Shown piece after piece: positions 35,311 through 48,900 of a stretch of DNA of 64,000 nt. The notes beneath the pieces were generated by a model. That model saw only the letters and a list, made by a program, of their open reading frames with translations, was not told where the DNA came from and made no database searches. Position numbers and translations under genes: made by a program. The number at the start of each line of letters is the position of its first letter. Within the stretch, counting starts at the first letter, position 1. This stretch comes from Ptychomitrium polyphyllum (Eukaryota), in assembly GCA_973851085.1 (NCBI GenBank), contig OZ316776.1, positions 13,454,001 to 13,518,000 on the forward strand, in the 5' to 3' direction.

Positions 35311-38300
35311 ACTTCGAAAAAGGGTCTAGTAGGTTATGTAGACTTTACTCTTTCAGAGTTTGATTGCCCATTTAATACTCACTTGGTTGTAATTCTAATT
35401 CGTGATGAATTCATGAGAAACTGGATGTTCAACCTTAAGGTTTGGACTTTCACAATGTTTTGGAAACCACACACATGCACACACAATAGTAGTTGTTGGT
35501 TGAAAATTCATTATGAATTCATTGTAACTCATCTTGATATTAAGTTGTTAGAAATCTATGAAGGTAGATGGCATGCTTAAATTTGTTCATTCAAATTTCT
35601 AAAAGTAAATGAAAGATTTTGTTAATTGTCAAACTAATACACCCTACAAATTTTGATGTAAAACAATATTAAACATTGTGGATTATGTTTTCCCTCATCA
35701 AATCTATTCTATAGTTTTATTCAAATTTTACTTGATGGATTAACTTCGAATTATTAGAACTCCTTCATTTTAAAACAATTTTAGCACTTATTTAAAGAAA
35801 ACATCATGTAAATCCAATATCCCAATTGTAATATGGACAAAAGATTCATGTAACATTCCATGATGCAACAACCTTGATTATATGACACATTTCTATGCAC
35901 TAAAGTTTTGTACCTTTAAACAAAATATATAAGCTCTTTTATATTCCTATAGCTCATAATTTCACAGAATTCCAATTCATCATTTAATATTGGTTAGAAC
36001 AACTCAAATTTTAACCAAATTATGATTATAATAGCCACATCCATTTTAAAAACTTTTTTATGAAATCATTGCTTATATTTTGGATGAATAAAGTTAAAGA
36101 ATTGTATAGTCAAAATTTGAAATTAATAACAATGACATGAAAGCTATGGTCACAAGACAAATTCAATTGAATGTAATTATAATAATTTGAGCCTAAAGTA
36201 AAGTCCTTTTCACCATAAGACATGAATACTTCTCGACAATAGTAGCAAATAAGCTATTTTCAAAAAATATTTTTAATATTGTGACATTTTAACACCATTT
36301 TTTTGTTGTATTATAAAACGTATAAATGCATAGGAAATACAAAATAAATTGAGAAAAAATTAAACATGTTATTGTAATAAAAATTTAATTATAACCAATT
36401 TGAGAAGAAAAAGAAGAAGAATAAGGATTCACATTTTTTTGTAATAACCATATAAACTAAGTGTTTATTCATCCATGACCATGCATTTGTGTCTATAGTT
36501 TATAAACCACAAAAAACATACTACCTTAAGCACAAATCAAAATAAAAAAACAATCAAAGAAGTTATTTATTTCAATCAATTAAAAAGTTGAATGTATGCC
36601 ATGAATTCTGTTTTTTGGTTGGACAAGTATATGTATTTTATATTTTGGTTAAGATTAGAAGGCAAAGAGACTTGTTAAAAGAACTTGTTACTATAGACTA
36701 ATAATATAAAGGCAAGAAATTGAATTAACAAGTCTTTATGTACTTTTTTGTACACGAGTTGTAACATTGATGCTAACAAGTAGTGGTTATAATCATTATT
36801 AATTATAAAAAAATTAATAGCAAAGCATGAAGTTTTGGAATTGATTCATTGATTTTGTATCTTTTGTTTGTAAGAAAATATTAATACACAATGGTAGATT
36901 ACTATATCACTAATATTTTTAAGTAATTCTATGATGATGTTTTATAGTTTTAAAATATATTTTGAAAATTTATCTTGCTCTTGCAAGAATGTATATAAGA
37001 AAAATAACATTTCATTCTTTAGCTCATATGATATATATGAGAGGTTAATATTTATAATTTTTCCATCAATGGTTTGTAATATGTGAATTCACGCATTATA
37101 TAATAAGGTTTGAATTAGGTCTTTTGGAAGTGCATTTAGCAAAAAGAATCCTCTTACACATAATATGTTGATTTTATATTGTTCTTAATAGTGGCATCTT
37201 TTATTTATCATTTTGTAAGAAAAAGTCCATTGAATGATGCATTTTATTAAGAATATTTTTAAAAATTGTGCCAATATTTGTATAAATACAACTTCTATAT
37301 ATGTTATATGAAATAAGTAGTTTTCAAAGTTTTCATATTACTTCATGCAAACTAATATTCAAACTGAGCATGTAATGGATGGATAATTTTCTATTTAAAA
37401 ACACATTTGTTTTATGGCATTATCCATATATTATTTTTGAAAGTATATAATTGTTGAAGGGTATCTATGGAGGTTTCTTTGTCAATTTTTCCATTAAATT
37501 CACTTATTTATGTTCAAAAATTGTGCAATATTTATTTTAAGATTTTGTTTTGTGTCATATTTAATAAGATATCATTGTAAATTTCTTGTGGAGTTATAGC
37601 ACCAGATCTCTTCCATGGAATAAATCTTGGTGAAGATACTAAAGATTAGAATGAGCATGTTCATGTAGGAATGTTGATCCTCAATGTCTTTAAATTTCTT
37701 GCTTTGGAAAATTTGTCTCTTTTTCTATTTTAGTTGATGTTTGCATGTACTTGCACCTTGTACAAAGATAATGGTTGAGTTCTTGCTTGGATTGTTTTTA
37801 TTATCGATGCATGAATTATTTTATTATGATAATTATTATGTTGTGCAAGGTGCTTTATTTAAATGAAATATTTGATACAACTTAGAATAATGAAACCATG
37901 TTACTAAAATGGAAATAAGTTATAGCAAATTGTAGATAAATTTCAACACTTTCCATTGATATTTGCAATTTTAATATTTTGCATTGTATAATTCAATATA
38001 TGTTTTGATACAATTTTATTTTAAAACAAATACATAACATTTTCTATTGATATTTTAATAACATTTTCTATTGATGTCTTAATAACATTTCCATAATGCA
38101 CAATTTTGGATAAGAATGTTGCATTTAGAAGTATGTAATATGTGCATATTATAAGCTTTTCTTAATTTGCAACAACATGTCATACTAAAAAGATTTGAAT
38201 CTATGTACTACTCATTTACAAATTCCTCATTGCCAACATGCACTTCATTATTTTTCAAAATGCAGGAATTCATTGACAAATCCAGTATCACTGGTGTTCA

Positions 38301-39970
38301 TTTTAAACTAATATCAATTAGTGTAAGGATTATTTTCCAAAGAACAATTTCGGATAGCACAGAGAAGAATTTTTTTAAATGAGTTACACATTGTTCATAA
38401 ATCAACAAATGAAGAAGAATTACATGTTTAAGTATAAAATTAAGATTGGTATTTTTGTCAATCACTAATGACCAAAAATACATGTACCAAAAGATGGAGT
38501 TAATGATAATATAAGAAAATTTCCAAATGTAAAATGTATATATACATAGGAATATACGTATTTTCTGTAAATAGGATTAAAAAGAAATGTAAAATAATAT
38601 TGAAACACGTGACAGAATGCAAATAATGTGAAATAAGATGGTCTGAAAGTAATTTTAAATTTTAAAGTAGAATGTATTGTGTGTTTTCACTAATGTTGTT
38701 GCATGTAGAATTGGTAGATTTTTTTATACTTATTATATGGAGTAAATGGAATCTGTTGCTTGAATTCAATAAAAAAATTTCATATGGAACAGGTAAAATA
38801 TGTTATGGAAAGATGTTGAATTTTTCATGTATAGTAGTTGGGATTTATGATGTGGATTCAGTAATGTATTACCACAAACAAATGACAAGGAAATGGCTAT
38901 CAGTTTTTTGCTACAACTACATGTTTCTACAATTGACAAGGACTTGTCATAATTGTGTTTCTTTCCACTTTATCAGTCACAAAATAAATGTGTCTATATT
39001 GCATCTTTGAACTTCTGTACTTGGTATTTTTCATTATAAATAAGCTTTTTACAAATTTGAATTTTTGATGAGTTTCAAATTATTAAATTTATGAAAATCA
39101 CCTCTATTTCAATGGAGTTATGGTTAAAAATTTTAGGCTTCATTGACATTCAGCTACTGACAAAAATACTAAAAACTAAAACTATAATTCTTATGAAATG
39201 GAAACATTTCAGTAAAGATTTGTCAATCTAATCTTTATTAATATTTTCAAACTTTTGTAATAACCCTATTTATAGAGATATAGTACAATTCCTAAAAAAG
39301 CAAAGAGTATTTTAATTTTTCTAATTAATTTTCTCATTCTTTAAAATACGTGCATTTGCATAAGAATAATTGCCATATGTAATCTTTTGAGTGTATTTTG
39401 TTTAAGTACTTGAAATTCCATCCAAAAATCATTCAGTTACCCAATTTCCAATTGACATGATATAAGAATGTTGAGCATGTAAAATAAAAGAAAAAAGTGA
39501 AAATGAATTATATATATATATATATAAATAAATAAATAGTATCCAGATTGTATATGAAAAATGAGCAATTAAAAAATGAACTAATTTACTTTAAAAAGTA
39601 AGAAGCAAGATTATCAAAATTAACTACATTATATGTTGTTAGTAGAATATCTTATGTATAACAAGTAAACTATGGATAATTTTATTATACAGAATTGTTA
39701 ATTTGTACAAATCTATTCAAAACATGATATACATTATTTCAAAAATAAATGCTTTAAAAAGATAAACTCATTTTTGTAAAAATAATTCATGAACTGCTTA
39801 TATGGAAAAATGTCTTTTGAATATTATTTAGTTTTGAAAGTGTATTCAAAGTTCAAAGAAAAAACCAAATTAATAAACAAATCCAATTATGAGTTATAAT
39901 GCATTTTGCATATGTAAATACCATAAATTTACTATTTTGTACTTATTATCAATGCAACATATTAATAGTA

Positions 39971-42900
39971 TCAACTACGATTAGTTTTTCTAGCTTCATC
40001 TTCCAACCGCTTTTGTTGTGTTTTCTTAGCAATGTTATCAAGCCATTCTTGAGTAACATGAAAATGCCAACACTTTGTACATTCATAAAGACCCCAATTC
40101 TTTGACCACCAATGCAAATGATGCGTGAGGCATCTTCTACAGAGTATAAAATCTCCCCATGGATCAATGGGTTCATCACATGGATTCGTTTCAACAACTT
40201 CAATTTGGTCATTTGGATCTGGAGGAGCTACTCCATTAATCACAAATGCTTTTATTGTAAGGATATAAACATCTGAATTTGTCATTATTTCTGCCTGTAA
40301 TACACATCATCGTCAATATGAGTACAACAACTTATTACATATCCTTTCAAATTAAATTTTACATTCAATATATAGATATTTGAATTTTATAATATTTCAT
40401 ATGACTTTTTCAAGACACAATACTAGAAGATAACAGAAGTAATTATATATCAAAAAATATAACAAGTGCTATTTTATTTTGATTCATTAATGAACTAACG
40501 TTTCTAAAACTAAAAGTGATGTATGCCATATAATGATTTTTTTGAAGTAAGTTGTTTAAACAGATGTGACAATGCATAATATATTGTATCACTATATAAA
40601 TAAAAATACATAATATTTTCATTGATATAAATAAATTGTATACTTTATTTGTATCAAATGAAAAGTAAGAATAAATATTCTTTTTTATAGTATTTATGAA
40701 AATCAGAAATATGAGGTTATCTAAGTTCTATACATCCAATAATGTAGAAAAATTAATTTGAAATAATTGTTATGATGACCAAAATCTATGTAATAGAAAA
40801 CCAAAGAAACCCCACATAAGGCATTTTAATTGTTGCGCTGTGAGCTGTATGAACATCATTTATTTACTTTGAAGAAGGAACTTTACGATTGACATTTTTA
40901 TGAGACGACTGATTTAATGCAGTGCCAACAAGGCTTAAAATTTGTCCAAATGGCTATGGAAATCCAAATGATTGACATTTTTTATTTTCTTTTTTAGGAA
41001 TGAGAAGTAAGAAACAGTAAGTATATATATACACATATACACAAGCTGGGAATGCATTGTTTTGTGAGGTCAGGCATCCAACCCTTCCTTTCCCAAATGC
41101 TAGCTCACTAGAAATGATTCTGTGCTAAAACCAGTTTTACAAATAAACTGACTTGTACAAAATCATTCTTTGATGGATAATGTCAACAACCTGACTGAAG
41201 TGAACTCCCAACTTGGATGCTCGGAAATAAACTCGAAGCACTACATACATTCCAGGTGCAATCTGCACAATTATCATGATTCAGTTCTAAAAACTGTAGT
41301 ATGAACCACTGTATTTATCATGTTTAACCTCATGTATTTATTTACTAAATCAACTATCATAATACTGATTAAATGTTTTTGTGTGGTTAACATAGAATAC
41401 ACGGAATATTTCCAATATAGATTTTTAGGTGTAGAGCCTCCAAGCCTATGAGTTAAGAATGTTACATGGTCTTTGGCCTTCTAGGCATATAATAATAAAA
41501 TATGATATCATACTTACTACAAATTATGGCCAAAACAATATTCCAAAATTTTGTATTGGTAGATACAAAAAAGCTAAATAAATAATACAAAATCAACAAG
41601 GAATGCAAAAATTGAGAACCCTTTAAAGCAAACCTATTGCCCACTTTGGAATAAAGAATTTGAATTCTAAGTTTTTCAACTTTGAATATGCATAATTTAT
41701 TCATACAATGTTCTAACCTATGTGCTTTGAAGGGTGTTGGAAACTTTTCTTTTTGTAAATGAGAGATCCAATAAGAAAAATTGTGGTTTATATTTTTTTA
41801 TCCATGTTCAATTACGTCATACCATTTTAAACAATGGAAGTGATTTTCTTTAAAAAAAGGATTCAAAAAAGATTTCAATGCAATTATATTTAATCCATGA
41901 AGAAATACCTTACATTTTGTATAAATATTAAAGGCCCCATACCATTTCAAAAATATTTAGTTACCATTTTTAAGTGTACGTTCAAAGGTAATTTAAGTTA
42001 TGGTTCAAGAATTTAATAGTAATGGATCTTGCTATATTAAGAATAAGCTACTCAAATCACTCAAAAATACATGAGTTACATCCATAAAAATTGAGTCAAT
42101 ATTATATTTTTGGATGGAAATCAAAATATTCCCATTTTTAATTTTTTTTATCATACATACATTTTTTGTCTAAAAGTTTTTCCTACATAAGTTTAGAGAG
42201 CAATGTAATAACTTACAATTTAAAATTAGATAACTTGATAAAATTTTATCTTATTAACTTGTTAAAATTCAAAATTTTAAATTAGATAACTTGTATCCAT
42301 GAATCAAATTTTTTTGCTTAAAACAAAGGATTAAATAAGACTTCTAAATAATATGCTACAAATTTGAATTAAAAAACCAATATGGTTTAAAAGCATGAAA
42401 GAAGAAAATTGGCCTTTATGTTAAATTTTTATGGAATTCAATTATCTAATTATTAATTTTTTTCTTTCAAACAATATTTTGGTAGTTTTGAAGTATTTTA
42501 GTAAATCCATAATTTTAAAAAACTTCACACTTCATTTTTTTGCATCCTAAAGTGATAAATTTGACAATTCTAAATGTCAAGTGTTTAATATACCAAAAAA
42601 CATAATCTAAGAATTTATGAAAATGACATAATAGTTGGTAAGCTTCTAAAATAAGGTTTTGATGTTGTATAGCAAAAATGGAGATCAATAGAAGTTAAGG
42701 ATTATTTTAAACACTAATCTTGATTACAAATTGTAATAAAGATAAATCCATACATCAATTTATTAAAATCTTGGTCACATTCATGGTAGAAAGTATATGT
42801 GAATTTAAAACATAGTTAGGATCTTTATACATTCTTTAATGCATCTTTTATATTCTTTTTTCTTTCATTTTTTTTTTCCCTTTTTTGATTTGATTTTATT

Positions 42901-45900
42901 TTATGCAATAAAATATGCAAATTTTAAGATGTATTTAGTAAACATATGGTTGAATTATTTTTAAATGACTATGAGATTTACTTAAAAAATAAAAAGTTCA
43001 TCACATTGAATTCATAGAAGTCTAATAACTTTATCTAACATGAATCCTTGTGTTCACAAAAGAATTTGAAAAGTTTCTATCACTAAGTTTTTCAACCTTA
43101 TGACTTTTATGACTTATATGATTTGGAATAATTCAACATGTATATTTTGATATATTAAAAGTAAATTTTGTTGAATTACAAAACATTATCTATTGGATTG
43201 AAAATTACAAACATGACAATTTCAAGTTCTTTGGTCATTTTGAACAATAATATAAAGTGATAACAAATAAAAACATTTTATTGGTGAATCACAAATTTAA
43301 GATATTTTTGAAATATTTTACTAGAAGCCCTTAATTAAGCAACTTACTAATTAAGCTTAAGTATGACTATTTATGCTGCAAATATTTGACAAGTCAAAAG
43401 ACTCATAGAATTCCTTTATCATGTGTATGTAAAATTTTATGCTATACATATATTTAATTTAAATTTTTTAATTATTTTTTCATTTAATACTTTATGAGTG
43501 CAATCATATTAAACTTTGATACCTCAAGACACAATGTATGAATTGCCATATTTACATTTAAATGCCAACCTTGACATCTCTCTAAGATAAACATTGGAAT
43601 TATTACTTTCAAGATTTCAACAAATATTATTCAATTGAAACATTGAAATTTTTAAGATTTTCAAAGTAATGGTGTGTAAACACATTTCTTGAGTATTTGG
43701 TAAATATTTACATCTTTCACTTTAAACCATACTTTGATTTTGTTATAATTTAATCAAATTTGGTTTTTTTTAAAGAAGATTAATATTCGTTAATAGAATT
43801 AAAAATAATTTAATATCTGAATGACTCCAAACATCTTAAATTTTTAAAGGGCCATTTAAAATATCATGTAAAATAATGTACCATTTGTTTTATGTAGTTT
43901 CCAAAAAAAAAAAAATAGTTAATTTTTTTTTTAAATTAAATACTTACTGAACCGTGAAAGTAATGAAATTTGATAGATAATTTGTCTTCTTTATGAATGA
44001 ATATACGGCCACTTCGAGGTCCATGATAGTTTTGAACAATTACTATCTACAGAAGCATCAAAACATTCCAATTTTGTTCTAAAGTTAATAAAAGAATTTT
44101 TTGCAGTTGAATAGATTTAAATATTTTAAATATTTTTTTTGTACTGAGAAAGGATTGGCATGTTTGTTTACAAGCAAACATAATTGAAATGGAACTCACC
44201 TTCATTCTCATAGTGCCTAATTGGACAATATGAAAATCAATAATTGGAGGAAATATGCGAAATTGCCGATTTATCCATTTAGCTGGTAAATGATCATGGG
44301 TAACTTTCATGCGTTCAATAATTTCCATTTGCATTGGTCGTTCATTAGGCAATTCTCTATTAATATAAAATTCATTACTTTTCCATTTAGTATCTTGAAA
44401 CCTGTTCAATAAAGAATATATGTGAATTCTTCAAATGACACTAAAAGATCTATAAATTTTTGGCTATGATATAAAACATGATTTGTACAAATCTTTCTTG
44501 TATCAAAAACATATCTTTATTCTAATGGCAAAAGCTATTTACTACAACACATCATTAGGGCTTTATGATGATTACATATTACATTGTATTTATTTTTAAA
44601 TAGAATATGTTAATTTTGATAATTTAATTTCATTAGTAAATTGTATTGTTAAAAAATTCATAAAAATTAACAAATATATTTTAATAGAAAATTAATGGAT
44701 CTAATTTTTTTACATTACACTATATTTTTGTAACAAATTAGAAATACTACCACGCAAATAAGTTTTGTATTTTAAATTATAAAAAATAGTTTTATTGATT
44801 TAACAATGGTAATGTTTAAAACTTGAAGTACTAATTTGATTAATTTAAGCATGTCATTCCAACTATTTCATAATTATTGTAGTTTACAATTCATTTCAAA
44901 AGTATTATTTTTTTCAAATGATATAATTCCAAAAGCTAGTAAAAATGGTCCTTATAAAAAATTTATAGGTTAAATTCAAATTTAAAACTTACGCTTTTTT
45001 AAATGCCTTTGCCCTCATGTATATTTCATAATCATAGTCAAATTTTTGTGGAATCATCCAAGTAGGACCAAGTATCTTTAATTTTAATTCTTTTTCAACC
45101 TATTTATAGCAATTGACATTGTAGCATTTGTAAACATGACTTTGAAAGTGATAAGATATAATTCAATAGAGGTTTTAAATGCAATAGAAATATTTCATTA
45201 TAGGGAAATAAAGAAAGTATGTCATTATAGGAAATTAGAGAAAATAATACATCATCTTTGTGCACTTTTGATTAAAAATTTGTACTTAATAATAAGACTA
45301 TTAATTTTGAACATTTAAAAAAACCTTAAATTACATGCCTTAAATTGGACATTGTTATATAAATATTGTTAAGAATGGAAAGTTGATTTTGATAAATTTT
45401 TATATTATCTTATTATATCCACATATTGTAAGTATTATATATCATTTAAAAATATATTAGTAGAAATTAATATTAATATATTCCTTTAACGCCTTTACTG
45501 TCTTAGATACTTATAAGTAATTAATTTGGAACTATCTCAACAAAAGTAATAAAAATAAATAAAAATTTAAAAGCAAAAAACACTTAGATTTATTAATCAC
45601 ATATTTTATGCAAAAACTAATTTTTCCCAAATTAAAATTTGAAATTTTAATTAATAATTACCAAAATTTTGGATCTTCTTTAAAAAGATAAATTTATACC
45701 AAGAATAATGAAATAATTATAATATTAAAAAAAACCTTGATTTTTAGTTTTTAATATAATTAGATTGTATATTCTCTAATCAAATAAAACTACTACATAT
45801 CAATAGAAACGACACCTTTAATAACATGTAACATTATTATTGGGCAATAACAATAGTTTACAAGATTTCAATAACATCTATTAGAATGGTGTATTTTTCA

Positions 45901-48900
45901 GAAACTATTCAACAATATTAAGTTTTAGTAAAAATATTATATTTGAATTTAATCATAGGCATAAATTTCAAAAATCGGATTTTGTGTTTAATTTTCATTG
46001 TTATGATGGAACTTTTAATTGAATTTTTTCTATTCAACAACTATTATATCAAAGTATTTCTTGAAGATCAAATAGATTTTAAATATATTCAAATTATTTT
46101 TTCTATTTTTTAGCATTTGGTTTTTTTTTCATTATTCAAAATTTAAGCAATTGTTGAATATATGTTCATCTATTTAATGAATTGTAGAATGCATGGATGA
46201 TGTACAATCACACCAACAAAGTCTTCAGAACCTTCAATGATTGCAAAGTTTTAATTGACTCAGGAATTCCAAATTTAGCAATTAAACTTTATTTAGGTTG
46301 TAAAATAAACAACCTTTATCGGATTTTGATTTTGATGATATAAAAATAATTGGTATTAGAAGGTATGGTATTTACAAAAGATATAAACAAATATAAATGT
46401 CTATTCTATTTTTTGTTAAATCAAATATAACAAAAATCACAATTGTATTGTAAATTTATTCTAACAAATTATGGATAATAAATATAATTAAAAAACAAAA
46501 CAGAAGTGGAAAATTTATTCAAATTGTCTCCAAGGTGTAAAGACATTTTGAAAATGAAATTAAAAAATTTCATATTTTTAAAAGGGAAATTTCTTCTTGG
46601 ATAAATAGTCCTAAAATCATGATTTAATATTTATGGCACTAATCTTCAATCCATCTTAAAGGATATTGGAATTTGCAATAAAATTGTAATATTGTATCAT
46701 GTAATCAGTTTTTTGTTTCTTTAATCTTTTCTTAAATACATTAACAATTCTAGCTCTACAGATATTTTATCAGCACCAGAAAAGATAAAGGAATGAAAAG
46801 AATTTCAAGGACACTTTTCAATTTACTTTCAATTTGATTTTGAAATTTACTTTCAACTTCATTCAATTTGTCAAATTCTTTACACCCAAATTTATAAATT
46901 GGTTAAGTCTTGTTAAATTCTACCCATTGGCATATTTGCAATGGATGTAGTTGAGTTACACAATATGCATGTTTGGAATAATTGCTCCTCTTATGTGATT
47001 TCTCAATGAGCTTCTAATGATGGTGTTTTATAATTCTAGATCTTGAAAATTAAAAAATTATTTAGAATCTGTAAAATTTAACAATGACATTTTTTCAAGC
47101 CTTAAATACCATTTTAAAGTACCTAAATTTTTTGTAGTTCATCTAAAAATCATTCATACCTTTTAAATTATGTTCTCAATTCCATTTGCTTATGCAAGAT
47201 GAATACAACATTTCAATGATTCAATATAATTTAAATAAGATTTGGTATAAGGATTCAATTTGTTCAAAGCTAGTTCTAGGTTGTTCTATGTTAATTCCAA
47301 GAAATTCAATCATAATGTTTTGCATGTTTTGTTCATGCAAATATTTGTCTTCTTGCTTCCTTAACAATTTCATCCAGTGTATTAAATTGAAAATTTCATA
47401 AAATTTATATAAATTGAGCTGTAATTTTTTATCTTCCTTTTCTTTCTAACTTTAACAGTATCAAACTCCTTGGAGTCTTTTATCAAATCCTTGGAATTGT
47501 AATAAATTTTGAGTTGGGATTTTGAAGGAATAATAAAGTTCTAACAGAATCCCCTATATTTAATTTGTGTTTATTTTGTATATGAGAGAGTTACATGGTT
47601 CACCAAGAAACTTGTATTCATGTATCTAAGGGTGTTCAAAAGTCAAGACATACCATCCTTTGTGCACGCCATGCATCACGGGCTAGCTTGTTTGTCTCCT
47701 TCTCTGAAATTTGTGGAGGCTTCAATGGCATGGGCTGAGGTGGAGGTGCAGCAACAGGGTTCTGCACAAAGTTTTGAAGAACTTGGTTTTTTATCACACA
47801 CAAAAGATCACGATTGCTTTATAATGGTAAAAGATGATCAGATTAACTCCAATACTTGGATGCAAGCAGTAGACCAAAGCCTGAAATTGTCCACATTTAT
47901 AAGTTTGGAGACAATAGTTGTGACCTCAAAATGGCACTAATGGTTAACTTATTGTTTTCATATCATTTTGGTGTTTTTCCAATGTTATTTTGCTGTTATT
48001 TACCCTACGTCATTTGATGTAGACTGATGTCAGTTTAGTGTCAACATGACATCAAATCAATGTGAGGTATGACATACATTTTTTTAATATCATATCTCAT
48101 AACAAAATGACACAAGAAATAATTCCTAATGCTTGTGACTGGAACCTGAATTAAGTTAAATTAAGAATATTGAAATTTGACAAATATGTGAAATTACTAA
48201 TTTACTTGAGAGATTTGTGGTGGAGGTGGCAGTGATGGCGAGGGCGGCGACGGAAGGCATGGCAATGAAGGTAGGTCCATAGTTGGCATGGGTGGGCTAA
48301 ATTCATAAACATGCTGCACATTGTTTGGGATGAACATGAACAAAAAAACATTAATCCTTAATTCTTGTCGATTCTTAAAATTTGAAATTGTATTCACAGA
48401 TTTGACTCTAAATAGACCATCACCAATTCCTTTAGTAAAAAATGAAATGTGAAGCTCAATATAAATATTTAGTTAAACTGGTTATATAAAACATGAAAAC
48501 ATTGTAGTCAACTTTATGTAAATGGATTGTAAAGACAAATTCTTCAAAATGATAAGGTTAAAAGAAAAATCTTTTAAAGGTATTTTTTGAATTGGATAAA
48601 ATGCAGTTTCGGCTTAATATACGTGCAAATTAAATTTTATATTTATATGTGTTTAACATCTTAGACGAGCACATAGAAACTCATTTAGAACTTCATTTAG
48701 AAATTCATTTTGATTTTTTATTTGTTTGATTCTTACTGGTGGTTGTGGCTCAGGTTTCTTTTCCTGAAACAGTCACAAAACATAGCAATATAAATGTCTC
48801 TGTACTATAGCTTTGAATTCAAAATAAATGAATTCTTGATTTGATCACCAAGTTATAAAAATGAAAGTTAACTCTCACATTTTTTTGAGAAGTTAGCATA

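Noticed and set aside
35350..39900. AT-rich region with short ORFs and a 23 bp duplication near 38035-38090
   Set aside because: Probably old TE debris; no termini or protein motif could be identified.
47620..47940. Plus-strand 106 aa ORF
   Set aside because: Antisense shadow of the SPAG17 exon at 47761-47654.
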